Origin: Parcubacteria group bacterium
GTDB taxonomy: Bacteria > Patescibacteriota > Minisyncoccia > Moranbacterales > UBA11712
Length of the DNA: 64,000 bases
Assembly: GCA_041659065.1 (NCBI GenBank)
Contig: JBAZYY010000007.1
Span: forward strand, 863 to 64,862
Direction of reading: 5' to 3'
Shown: positions 18,822 to 27,842 of the stretch, one piece after another
Layout: each line of letters begins with the position of its first letter
Position numbering within the stretch: the first letter of the stretch is position 1
The notes under the pieces: generated by a model
Told to the model about the DNA's origin: nothing
What the model saw: the letters and a program-made list of their open reading frames with translations, nothing else
The model's database searches: none
Program-made: the position numbers and the translations under genes

Positions 18822-20009
18822 ATGAGTATGAATAAAAAAGAAATGACAATTGGAGTTTTTTTCGGAAGCAGAAATCCCGAGCACGAAGTCTCGATTATTA
18901 CCGGGCAACTAATTATCGCTGAACTAAAAAAGCTAGGCTATAATGTCGTTCCGGTATATATAGATAAAAAAGGGAGATTATTATCCGGTGAGGCCTTGGG
19001 GTCGCTCAAATATTTCACCGGTCAGGATTTGGAAAATAAATTGGAGAAATTAAAACCTCTGCTTGTTGAGGTCTCCGCTCAAAAAAATAAACTTGCCGTA
19101 AGGCCGAAGGGGGTCTTGTCTCAAGAAACAACAATTGACCTCGCCTTTCCCGCTTTTCATGGGATGAATGGCGAGGACGGAACAATCCAGGGGTTGTTTG
19201 AATTATGCAATGTTCCGTACGTTGGCTGCGAGGTGACAAGTTCTGCTATGACTATGGACAAAATCATTACGAAACAGATTTATAAAAGTGAAGAAATTTC
19301 TACGACCCCTTTTATATATTTCACGAGTCATGACTGGAAGGAAGACAAAAATAAAATAATTGAAAACGCCAAAAAAATGCAGTGGCCGGTTTTTGTTAAA
19401 CCGGCTCGGCTGGGATCCTCGATTGGAATCGCGAAAGCGCGCGATATGGAGGAACTGGAAAATGCCTGTGAAGTTGCGTTGCATTATGACGATCGAATAA
19501 TTATTGAAGAGAGTGTTGAAGATCTGGCGGACATTACTTGCGCTGTTTTGGGAAATGACAATCCGTTGCCCTCTTTGGTTCAGGAGTCTGTTTTTCAAGG
19601 GGAGCATTTTAGCTACGAAGCAAAATATCTTGAGGACGGCGGAGCGCAACTGGGAAATGCCGAGAAAAATATAATTATACCGGCTCGCCTCAATGAAGAA
19701 ACAACAAAAGTTGTGCGGGATTTGGCGGTGAAAATATTCAAACTTTTTAATTGCAGTGGGACAGCCAGAGTTGATTTTCTTTACGACCGGAAAAAAGAAA
19801 AAGTGTATGCCAATGAAATAAACACAATGCCGGGCACGCTCTATCATCATCTTTGGAAAGCCAGCGGAATAGAAATCGGAGCTTTACTCGAAAAATTGAT
19901 TGATCTGGCGCTCGAAAGGCACAAGGAAAAAAATGAAATATCTTTCGCGTTCAACTCGGATATTCTTAGCCACGCCAATTCGATAAAACTACAGATTGGG
20001 AAAGAGTAG
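18822..20009 (+). CDS. ddl: D-alanine--D-alanine ligase
   Basis: EHEVS, HGMNGEDGTIQG, VKPARLGSSIG, NEINTMPG. Confidence 0.96.
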   Translation: MSMNKKEMTIGVFFGSRNPEHEVSIITGQLIIAELKKLGYNVVPVYIDKKGRLLSGEALGSLKYFTGQDLENKLEKLKPLLVEVSAQKNKLAVRPKGVLSQETTIDLAFPAFHGMNGEDGTIQGLFELCNVPYVGCEVTSSAMTMDKIITKQIYKSEEISTTPFIYFTSHDWKEDKNKIIENAKKMQWPVFVKPARLGSSIGIAKARDMEELENACEVALHYDDRIIIEESVEDLADITCAVLGNDNPLPSLVQESVFQGEHFSYEAKYLEDGGAQLGNAEKNIIIPARLNEETTKVVRDLAVKIFKLFNCSGTARVDFLYDRKKEKVYANEINTMPGTLYHHLWKASGIEIGALLEKLIDLALERHKEKNEISFAFNSDILSHANSIKLQIGKE

Positions 20010-20020
20010 GCCGGCGGTTT

Positions 20021-20473
20021 CCCTCTCCTTTACAAGGAGAGGGTTAGGGTGAGGTTAAGATAGTCGTATGACAAAAATATACAACCAATCAAATCAAAAA
20101 CAAAAGCGTAGAATTTTGAGAAAGACAATGACGCCAGCGGAAGGAATCATTTGGTCGAGAATCAGAGATCGAAGAATGGGATATAAATTTTGTAGGCAAT
20201 ATTCAATCGGCAAATATGTTGCCGATTTTTATTGTTCAGAGCTGAGATTGGTAATCGAAATTGACGGCGGACAACATTTTGAAAAGGATGCGCTGGAATA
20301 TGACGAAGCAAGAACGAAATACTTCCATGATCTTGGCATAGCTGTTGTGAGATATACGAATGTGGATGTAAAAATAAATTTGATTTCGGTTTTGAATGAT
20401 TTGTTGACGCGATGCAAGGAGTTAAGAAGCAAAACGACCTCACCCCCGCTCTCTCCTTAGTAAGAAGAGGGAG
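20021..20473. mobile_element. DUF559 nuclease gene flanked by inverted REP-like hairpin repeats
   Basis: CCCTCTCCTT-TAC-AAGGAGAGGG-TTAGGGTGAGGT (20021-20055) and ACCTCACCCCCG-CTCTCTCCTT-AGT-AAGAAGAGGGAG (20437-20473). Confidence 0.7.
20068..20460 (+). CDS. DUF559 / Vsr-like endonuclease
   Basis: LRKTMTPAE..W..GYKFCRQY..YVADFYC..LVIEIDGGQH. Confidence 0.9.
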   Translation: MTKIYNQSNQKQKRRILRKTMTPAEGIIWSRIRDRRMGYKFCRQYSIGKYVADFYCSELRLVIEIDGGQHFEKDALEYDEARTKYFHDLGIAVVRYTNVDVKINLISVLNDLLTRCKELRSKTTSPPLSP

Positions 20474-20538
20474 TTTTAAAAAATAAAACCCCAATTGCTG
20501 TGAGAGCAGGCTGGGGTTTTTAAATTCGGCAGAGATGA

Positions 20539-20739
20539 TTACCCGGCCCAAACAGTAGTTTGGATAATTTTATCCGAAGGGATTACCTTTTCCTCCTTCG
20601 CCTTTCTGGATTGAAGATAAAAGCTTCCGTCTTTAACATCTTCAATGACATAGTCTCCTTCCCGGTGAAGATAGGTGTCAATAACTATCCCGTCCGGAGT
20701 TTCAGTAATGCAGGCGCCTTTTCCAATGAATGCTTTCAT
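20539..20739 (-). CDS. Small 66-aa protein of the rSAM/peptide cassette
   Basis: ATG at 20739 with a GAGG RBS (MKAFIGKGACITETPDG...); followed by a terminator-like hairpin at 20485-20522. Confidence 0.65.
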   Translation of the reverse strand: MKAFIGKGACITETPDGIVIDTYLHREGDYVIEDVKDGSFYLQSRKAKEEKVIPSDKIIQTTVWAG

Positions 20740-20779
20740 TTTCTTACCCTCACGAAGTTGAAAATTAATTTCGGGTTGT

Positions 20780-21850
20780 TTAAAGAATATTTTTAAAGAG
20801 CCCTTTTTCTTTTTGAAAAACTTTTTTTCCGAGAGTTTTGTGATATTTATCAACGAGCAATTCGTACGACTTATCGGGATCCGTCAAAACCAAATCATTA
20901 TCTATTTCCCACTTCTCCGGCCTTTCAGCTAGATGATGATCCAAGCCAAAAGGAGAAACGTGCCTTCCGTTTGAATCGATAGCTATTTCTTCAGCCGTGA
21001 CAATGCTGGCCGGGTAATATAAAATTTTCAGTTTATTTATTTGCCATTCAATGTGAATGTACTTTTTCTTTGGCTTTCCATGTGGCTTTAGTAAATCAAT
21101 AATTGAAGCAATATCTTCGAAGCGGTATAGGGATAGCTGTAACTCAAAATCCTTGGAATAGCTGATAGCGTCTTTAGCAACTTTTCTCATTTGATGTTTT
21201 GTAAGATGCATTCGCTGGGTGTGATGCTTGACTGGAGAAGTTGTCGTTATTTGGAATAGTTTTATTGAATTGTTTGCTTTCCGAAGCTTATAAAGTGACT
21301 TTACAATATTATGATAATTCAAAGAGGAGGCTGTCCCGGTGACGGAAATGTGATCTGATACCTCCGATAAGCTCTTGATTCCTTCCATGGCTAAATTCCA
21401 TGCGCCTGCGCCTCTTTGGCGTTCGTGCGCTTCTTTGTTTCCGTCAAGTGAAATATCCACCCCGCCGCTAAATAGCAATCCGATTTTCTTGATTTCCGGC
21501 AGCAGCCTTTTGCCGGATCCGTTATCAATCAAGCTTATCCTCATGCCTTTGTTGTAATATTTTTTCAGAATAGGCAAATGCTCTTTTTCTAGAATTCTTC
21601 CAACATGCACCAGATCGCGAATGCCGGCCTCAAAAGCAGTGCCGATGATTTGGTCTATCTTAGCTAGATTCTGCAATTTCAGGTCTTGGTAGCTAGCTTT
21701 TGGGTAAATGCAGTGATGACATTGCAAAATACATTTTCGAGTGAACGTGACGCTCAAGAGCGGCGGATAGCTTTTAGCCAAGCGGCGAAAGAGTTCCGGT
21801 TCGCTGATTTTTCCAAAAATCGCTTTTTCCCAATCATGAATTATGTCCAT
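20780..21850 (-). CDS. Radical SAM enzyme lacking SPASM/Twitch cysteines
   Basis: CILQCHHC (CxxxCxxC), IDNG, DISLDGNKEAHERQRG; no Cys after the motif. Confidence 0.9.
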   Translation of the reverse strand: MDIIHDWEKAIFGKISEPELFRRLAKSYPPLLSVTFTRKCILQCHHCIYPKASYQDLKLQNLAKIDQIIGTAFEAGIRDLVHVGRILEKEHLPILKKYYNKGMRISLIDNGSGKRLLPEIKKIGLLFSGGVDISLDGNKEAHERQRGAGAWNLAMEGIKSLSEVSDHISVTGTASSLNYHNIVKSLYKLRKANNSIKLFQITTTSPVKHHTQRMHLTKHQMRKVAKDAISYSKDFELQLSLYRFEDIASIIDLLKPHGKPKKKYIHIEWQINKLKILYYPASIVTAEEIAIDSNGRHVSPFGLDHHLAERPEKWEIDNDLVLTDPDKSYELLVDKYHKTLGKKVFQKEKGLFKNIL

Positions 21851-21878
21851 ATTTTTGTGATTATTTACTCATCTTACG

Positions 21879-21905
21879 GAACATCCGCTCAAAGAGCGGA
21901 TGTTC
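21879..21905. terminator. 12-bp stem-loop between the peptide genes and the rSAM
   Basis: GAACATCCGCTC-AAA-GAGCGGATGTTC. Confidence 0.7.
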
Positions 21906-21929
21906 GGAGAGGAAAATAAATTGTCATTT

Positions 21930-21977
21930 CTAGCGGGTTTGTTTTCCTCCTTTAGTTCCGACGTTTGCTCCGGCCAT
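21930..21977 (-). CDS. Putative RiPP precursor 2: MAGANVGTKGGKQTR
   Basis: ATG..TAG with AGAAAGGA upstream; paralog of precursor 1. Confidence 0.75.
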   Translation of the reverse strand: MAGANVGTKGGKQTR

Positions 21978-22008
21978 ATTCTGCAGATCCTTTCTAGTCC
22001 TCTTTTTA

Positions 22009-22059
22009 TTATTTCCTCGTTTCTTGTCCTCCTTTTGTCCCTGTGTTTGCCGCGGCCAT
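22009..22059 (-). CDS. Putative RiPP precursor 1: MAAANTGTKGGQETRK
   Basis: Strong SD GAAGGGGGTGAT, double stop TAA TAA, promoter TTGACC-17-TATTAT at 22141-22113. Confidence 0.8.
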   Translation of the reverse strand: MAAANTGTKGGQETRK

Positions 22060-22257
22060 ATTTATCACCCCCTTCTAGTTAATAGTTAACCTTTTATCAA
22101 TTCTGATTTGATATAATAATGCAAATTAGAATAATGGTCAAAAAAAGGCTATATAATTAATAACAATAAATATCTTATACAAAGCTTAAAATAAGATAAT
22201 ATTCACAAATCAACAAAAATATTGACTACCATGAATTAATCTACTAAACTATATCTA

Positions 22258-23067
22258 ATGAATCTAACTGAATCGCTAAAAAATATCGGATTAAACGAAA
22301 AAGAAGCCAAAGTCTATTTGGCGCTTTTGCAACTAGGGAAAACGACAGCTTATGCCGTTTCAGTGCGAAGCGGACTAAAAAAGCCGACTACCTATGTAAT
22401 TCTGGAGCAGTTAGTCAAAAAAGGCTTTGCCTTCCAGATCCCAAGGTCGCGAAAACATTTGTTTTTTGCCGAATCGCCTGACAAGTGTTTTGCATTAGCT
22501 AGGGAAAGATTGGTATTGGCGCAAGAATCTTTGCCGGAGCTAATGGCAGCCAGAAAAGGTGAAAATGAAAAAGTAAACGTTTCATATTTCGAGGGTTTGG
22601 GAGGTATAAGGGAAATTTACCAAAAGTTGATTGATTATAATAAAAACAGACCCGAAGAGGAGCGAAGGCTTATCGGTTTTTATGCGCACACCAGAGACAC
22701 ATCCGAAGAGCTCAAAGAATATTGGGTTGAATTATCCGACGAACTGAAACAAAATAATATTGCGAGAAGAGGCTTAACGCCTGAAGACGAATCTCTCGGC
22801 TGGTATTTTGAAAATGCAAAAAAAATCAACTTTGACTTGTTGGGTCTGCCGGTTGAAAAATACAATAGCAACGTTTCATTTGAAATTTATGATAAATATG
22901 TTCAGATTATTTCCCACCGTTATTTGCAGGGGACATTAATTGAAAATCGGGACGTGGCTGACGCCTTGCGGCAGATATTTGAAATTATGTGGGAAGCTAC
23001 ATTAAATCAAAAATCTCCGTCAAAGGCGAATCAGCCTCTGGCTGAAAATATCAAAACCACAACTTAA
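22258..23067 (+). CDS. TrmB-family transcriptional regulator (copy 2)
   Basis: IGLNEKEAKVYLALLQLG..GLKKPTTYVILEQL. Leaderless-type promoter TTGACT-17-TAAACT, 7 nt before the ATG. Confidence 0.9.
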   Translation: MNLTESLKNIGLNEKEAKVYLALLQLGKTTAYAVSVRSGLKKPTTYVILEQLVKKGFAFQIPRSRKHLFFAESPDKCFALARERLVLAQESLPELMAARKGENEKVNVSYFEGLGGIREIYQKLIDYNKNRPEEERRLIGFYAHTRDTSEELKEYWVELSDELKQNNIARRGLTPEDESLGWYFENAKKINFDLLGLPVEKYNSNVSFEIYDKYVQIISHRYLQGTLIENRDVADALRQIFEIMWEATLNQKSPSKANQPLAENIKTTT

Positions 23068-23127
23068 AACTAAAAGCTGACTACTAATAAAACTTGAATA
23101 ATATAGTTAGAGTGATACCATTGAAAT

Positions 23128-24699
23128 ATGACAGAAAAAATCCCTAAGCCAATCATTGAAATTATCCAAAAACTTGAAGCCGCCGACTTTGAGGCTTTTG
23201 TGGTGGGCGGATGTGTGAGAGACCTTTTGCTGGATGTCGAGCCCAAGGATTGGGATGTGACGACGAATGCCAAGCCAGAGGAAGTGATGGAATTATTTTC
23301 TTCCTACGTCCCTAAGGGAGCTTCGGAGGACAGACCCGGAAGTTTTTATGAAAATAAATTTGGGACCGTTGGAGTTAAGTCGGATATTGGTGTAGTCGAA
23401 ATTACAACGTATCGTATTGAATCTAAATATTCCGACAAGCGGCGGCCTGACAAGGTGGAGTTTGCGAAAACCCTGGAAGAAGATTTGAGCCGGAGAGATT
23501 TTACTATTAACGCGCTGGCATTGCGAATCGCCGATTCGAGGTTTCACCTCGAGCGCGCTCGAGGTGAAACCTCGAATAAGGCAAGCTATGAAATCATCGA
23601 TCTTTTTGGCGGGCAAAAAGATTTGAAGGAAAGAATTATTCGCGCGGTGGGGGATGCAAATGAACGTTTCGACGAGGATGCCCTGCGCATGATGCGGGCG
23701 GTACGGTTTTCGGTAACATTGGGAAGCGATACCGGAGTAAAGCGAACCAGCGGACCGAGAAAATTAAGCAAAAAAATGCCTTTCGAAATTAAGGAAAAAA
23801 CCAAGAAGGCAATTGTGAAAAACGCAAAAAACTTGAAGTTCATTGCGCTTGAAAGAATCCAAGACGAGCTGAACAAAATAATGATCTCAGACTTTGCTGC
23901 TGAAGGGATTGAATTGCTTCGCGAGCTCAAGTTGCTTCAATACATTATTCCGGAACTTGAAAAAGGATATGGTATGGGACAGAACCGCCATCATATATAT
24001 ACCATCTATGAACATTCGATCTTGGCGCTCAAAAATTGTCCCTCGCTGAAACTTGAAGTGCGGCTGGCGGCGCTGTTTCACGATATAGCCAAACCAGAGA
24101 CTAAAAGAGGCGAAGGCGCCTTTTCCACTTTCTATAATCATGACCACGTCGGTGCGCGAGTGGTTGAAAAAATTTTGAAACGACTGAAATATTCGAGTGA
24201 GATAGTAAAAAAGGTCAGACTATTGGTGGACAATCATATGTTCTATTATAACGTCGAAGAAGTCGGAGCTTCGAGCGTGCGCCGGCTGGTGAAAAAAGTG
24301 GGGCTTGAGAACATTGATGATTTGATCGACGTGCGGATTGGGGATCGACTGGGATCTGGAGTCCCGAAAGCCGTGCCATATAAATTGAGACATTTCAAAT
24401 ATGTCGTGGATAAGGTGTCGAGCGATCCACTGTCGGTAAAAATGCTTAAATTAAACGGCAATGATTTAATGAAGGAATTGAATATCAAACCCGGACCGAA
24501 AATCGGAGCAATTTTGGATGTGCTTCTGTCCGAAGTAATTGAAGATCCAAAAAAGAATATAAAAAAATCCTTACTCCCGAGAGCTAAGGAATTGAGCAAA
24601 GAAGATCTAGCCGGGTTGCGCGCGATGGCAAAGGAAAAGATTGAAGAAAAAAAGGAAGAAGATGATAGGGAGATAAAAGCTAAGTATTATGTAAAATAA
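23128..24699 (+). CDS. cca: CCA-adding tRNA nucleotidyltransferase with HD domain
   Basis: VGGCVRDLLL..DWDVTT, RRDFTINA, EDALRMMRAVRF, HDIAK. Confidence 0.92.
   Translation: MTEKIPKPIIEIIQKLEAADFEAFVVGGCVRDLLLDVEPKDWDVTTNAKPEEVMELFSSYVPKGASEDRPGSFYENKFGTVGVKSDIGVVEITTYRIESKYSDKRRPDKVEFAKTLEEDLSRRDFTINALALRIADSRFHLERARGETSNKASYEIIDLFGGQKDLKERIIRAVGDANERFDEDALRMMRAVRFSVTLGSDTGVKRTSGPRKLSKKMPFEIKEKTKKAIVKNAKNLKFIALERIQDELNKIMISDFAAEGIELLRELKLLQYIIPELEKGYGMGQNRHHIYTIYEHSILALKNCPSLKLEVRLAALFHDIAKPETKRGEGAFSTFYNHDHVGARVVEKILKRLKYSSEIVKKVRLLVDNHMFYYNVEEVGASSVRRLVKKVGLENIDDLIDVRIGDRLGSGVPKAVPYKLRHFKYVVDKVSSDPLSVKMLKLNGNDLMKELNIKPGPKIGAILDVLLSEVIEDPKKNIKKSLLPRAKELSKEDLAGLRAMAKEKIEEKKEEDDREIKAKYYVK
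23534..23577. repeat. Perfect 44-bp palindrome read in frame within cca
   Basis: ATTCGAGGTTTCACCTCGAGCG|CGCTCGAGGTGAAACCTCGAAT. Confidence 0.9.
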
Positions 24700-24842
24700 T
24701 ACCACGTAGCATGGAACATGAAACACGCAACACGATAGTGTTTGAAAGTTTTTCTTAAAAGCTCGGATCCTCCCGCTTCATTGGCGAATTCCTCAAAGCC
24801 AAGCTTTATACTAAATACAAAATACCAGATACGAGATGCTAA

Positions 24843-25298
24843 TTATTCAATCATCATCAGCACTGCTTCAGTCGCTTCGCGGCCTTTATTGTTTTTTACA
24901 GTCGATCTTTCTTGGGCCTGCTTCAGATTATTCGTGGTGATAATTCCAAACCCAATTGGCAGGGAATATTCCAGCATCGTGTCCATAATTCCACGTGAAA
25001 CTTCGGCCGCTATGAAATAGTTATGGTCGGTTTCGCCTTTTACTATGCATCCCAGAGCTACCAGCGCGTCGTATTTTTTGGAAGCGGCCATCCTTTCGCA
25101 AGCCAGGGGAATTTCAAATGATCCAGGAACCCAGGTAGTTTTTATATTCTCGTCTTTTACTCCGTTTTCTTTAAGACAGCTTAATGCTCCTGTGAGCATT
25201 TTTTTTGTAATGTCGTCATTAAAGCGGGAAACAATGATCCCGATTTTGAGCTTCTTCCCGTCAATTATTTTACCGACGGGTTTTCTGTCCCTTCGCAT
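24843..25298 (-). CDS. ribH: Lumazine synthase
   Basis: IVSRFN, VPGSFEIP, LGCIVKGETDH, NKGREA. Confidence 0.96.
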   Translation of the reverse strand: MRRDRKPVGKIIDGKKLKIGIIVSRFNDDITKKMLTGALSCLKENGVKDENIKTTWVPGSFEIPLACERMAASKKYDALVALGCIVKGETDHNYFIAAEVSRGIMDTMLEYSLPIGFGIITTNNLKQAQERSTVKNNKGREATEAVLMMIE

Positions 25299-25884
25299 AT
25301 TTGTGCTTTAAAATATTATAAACGTACTTCGCGAAAACGTCGGTTTCGATATTTGCTTCATTCCCCTTCTTGATACTTCCAAGATTTGTATTTTCAAGCG
25401 TATAACTCACGAGGGAAACCGTAAACCAATTTTTTCCGGTATCGATTATGGTTAGGCTTATCCCGTCGATGGAAACTGATCCCTTTGGAGCAATGAGTTT
25501 CATAAATTTAGCGGGGACCTTGAATTTCATAACGACTGACTTTTTCACTTTTTTAATATCGATGACTTTTCCGCGTGTATCGATATGACCCTGAACCAAG
25601 TGCCCATCCAGAAGATCAGACATCCGCATACTCTTTTCTAGGTTTACTCCGCTCCCCCTTGCGTAGCTTTCGACGGTCGTTTTTTTCACGGTCTCGGGCA
25701 TATATTCAACCGTGAAATTATTTTTGGTCATTTTTTTCACGGTCGAACAAACTCCGTTAATGGAAATACTTTCGCCGAGCCAAATTTTCCAGTCCTTGGG
25801 TTTTTCTATTTCAATAAAAAGACTGCCTTTTTCCCGGAAAACATTTTCGATTCTCGAAACTTTTTTGATTATTCCCGTGAACAT
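25270..25884 (-). CDS. ribE: Riboflavin synthase
   Basis: MFTGII N-terminus, GHLVQGHID, DGISLT, NIETD. Confidence 0.95.
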   Translation of the reverse strand: MFTGIIKKVSRIENVFREKGSLFIEIEKPKDWKIWLGESISINGVCSTVKKMTKNNFTVEYMPETVKKTTVESYARGSGVNLEKSMRMSDLLDGHLVQGHIDTRGKVIDIKKVKKSVVMKFKVPAKFMKLIAPKGSVSIDGISLTIIDTGKNWFTVSLVSYTLENTNLGSIKKGNEANIETDVFAKYVYNILKHKYAKGQKTRR

Positions 25885-25940
25885 AAAACAAAATTAAAAA
25901 CTTAAAAGGCAAAGGTAAAACTACAAGTGAAAACTCAAAG

Positions 25941-26291
25941 TTATTTTAAAAGTAAATCATTTAATATCCTAAGATCATTAACAACTTGTTTTTTCAGATC
26001 TTCATCGCTCGCAAATTTCATTACGTCTCGGATTTTTCCCCCCAGCACCACTACTATATTCTTACCATATAAATCTTTGGAAAAATTCAAAATATGGGCT
26101 TCGAGACTTTTACCGTCCAGGCTTACGAAAACCCCAGCCGGATATTTTTGAGAATCAATCTCAACCCATCCCGCGTAAACTCCGCTTTCAGCTTTGATAT
26201 TTTCTGGAATCTTAATATTCGCAGTCGGAAAACCCAGGGTTCTCCCTTTACGTTTGCCTGGTTTAACTTTTCCGGAAATTATTTGGGCCAT
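25941..26291 (-). CDS. Monofunctional riboflavin kinase (RibF C-terminal domain)
   Basis: GRTLGFPTAN, GVYAG, EAHILNF..DLYG; probable start MAQII. Confidence 0.9.
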   Translation of the reverse strand: MAQIISGKVKPGKRKGRTLGFPTANIKIPENIKAESGVYAGWVEIDSQKYPAGVFVSLDGKSLEAHILNFSKDLYGKNIVVVLGGKIRDVMKFASDEDLKKQVVNDLRILNDLLLK

Positions 26292-26387
26292 ACTAATAGA
26301 GTAAACAAGATTTTGATTTGGGGCAAATAAGAAAAAGCGTGCCAATGGAGTGAATCGCTTTTCTCAGCCTTATCTGAAAATTTATCT

Positions 26388-26537
26388 CTATCTCTCTTGC
26401 TCAGCTGTTATGCCTCCTGGACTATTCACATACATTGAATAGACTCCGGCAGTCGGATCGCTCTCGAGCATTTGCTCAATTTGTCTCAGGAGCTCTTGAG
26501 CCTTTTTTACGAGGCTGGTGATTTTTTTCGTGTCCAT
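26388..26537 (-). CDS. Putative 49-aa RiPP precursor MDTKKITSLVKKAQELLRQIEQMLESDPTAGVYSMYVNSPGGITAEQER
   Basis: ATG 26537 to TAG 26388, overlapping the rSAM 3' end. Helical leader followed by a Tyr-containing core. Confidence 0.7.
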   Translation of the reverse strand: MDTKKITSLVKKAQELLRQIEQMLESDPTAGVYSMYVNSPGGITAEQER

Positions 26538-27636
26538 GTTGATTATTTAAATTTTTAAAAACGCATTCTCTTAATTTATGATCTGAATCAAGCTTATGCA
26601 TTGGCAGGGTGCATAAAGATTTATCCGGACAGTTTTTGCAGATTGCCTGCCCAGGCCTTTGGCGAAAAATTTTATAACCATTTTCCCAAACATCTTTAAT
26701 ATTATCCGTGCGTACATTTCCTTGAATGTAAGCGCGGTCAATGTGCGCACACGCAGATAATGAACCGTCGCAAAGAATCCCGAGACACGTTCTTCCGGCG
26801 ATACAAGACCATATATATGGCCTGACCCAGCCCTCCCATTCTTTTCCAAGCCAGCCGATGCAGCCTAGCTCAGTTTGTACGTCTTGATCGGAGGTTATAT
26901 GCAAGAGTCTTTTTTGTTTGATAAAATTTAATAAGCCTTCATATTCCGTGGAAGACAAGGCGAGGTCGCTTTTTCGGGATCGGCCGATATTTTCCAGGGG
27001 CAATAGCCGCCAACGGTGAGGATTTAATTTTTGGATTTCTAGCCAGAGCTTATCAAGAAATGAAAGAGTCTTTTTCGTGACGACAGTCGTGACTGTCAAA
27101 TGCAGCACTTCTCTATAGTCCAGGAACTTTTTTATCAGCTCAGTTGTCTGGCGATAATGGCCGGCTCGATTTCTTAGGTCATCATGCACTTTTTCCGGTC
27201 CATCAAGGTCGATTCCCATGCCTCGTACGCCTACCTCGATAAGTTGCTTAATTTTTTTAGGATGAGCCGCAAAGTAATTGCCGTTAGTTTGGAGAGTGGT
27301 TGTCCAGCCGAATGAATTCAACAGCGCAAGGACTTCCCAGATATCTTCGCGCACGAAAGGCTCTCCGCCGGTAATGGTGATGAATTTAAAATTTGAAAGA
27401 TTGATCTCGTTTTTAATCTGACGAAATGCGCTCATCACTTCCGCAGTGGACAGCTCTTTGCCGATCCCCTTTTCCTCTTGGGGCGACCCGCAATGCTTGC
27501 ACTTCATGTTGCATCTGCGCGTAGCTTCCCACTGGATTATTTCCAAAGAGCGCTGCTTGAATTTATTATCTAAATTATTTTTCCAGGATAGCCAGTGGCT
27601 TTCACTGACTCCGAATTTATATCTGCTTAGTTCCAT
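26476..27636 (-). CDS. Radical SAM/SPASM peptide maturase (splicease-like or rSAM-lipoprotein-system-like)
   Basis: WEATRRCNMKCKHCGS, ELSTAE, GGEPF, CIAG..GILCDGSLSAC..QGNVR, CKNC..LC; probable start MELSR. Confidence 0.88.
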   Translation of the reverse strand: MELSRYKFGVSESHWLSWKNNLDNKFKQRSLEIIQWEATRRCNMKCKHCGSPQEEKGIGKELSTAEVMSAFRQIKNEINLSNFKFITITGGEPFVREDIWEVLALLNSFGWTTTLQTNGNYFAAHPKKIKQLIEVGVRGMGIDLDGPEKVHDDLRNRAGHYRQTTELIKKFLDYREVLHLTVTTVVTKKTLSFLDKLWLEIQKLNPHRWRLLPLENIGRSRKSDLALSSTEYEGLLNFIKQKRLLHITSDQDVQTELGCIGWLGKEWEGWVRPYIWSCIAGRTCLGILCDGSLSACAHIDRAYIQGNVRTDNIKDVWENGYKIFRQRPGQAICKNCPDKSLCTLPMHKLDSDHKLRECVFKNLNNQHGHEKNHQPRKKGSRAPETN

Positions 27637-27842
27637 AAAATTATGTCTGCTGCATTTGTGAAGAAAAAATATAATATAAACTGGCAAGATTCAATGACGC
27701 TGAAAGCAAATTTGAGTAAAGTATAAAAAAGTTGAATAGGCGCTGCAAAAACGTACTATTTTGAATAAGATTCTGTATTCGGATTCTTACGACATTTTTG
27801 CCAATGGTAACAAGGGAGATTGTTTCCTCCCTTGAGAATGGA

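Noticed and set aside
21930-22059. Histone-tail or KGG stress-repeat identity of the micro-peptides
   Set aside because: The similarity is limited to 3-5 low-complexity residues and cannot be supported by eye.
21900-22082. 60-aa + strand ORF
   Set aside because: It is the antisense shadow of the two peptide genes, which have RBSs and a promoter.
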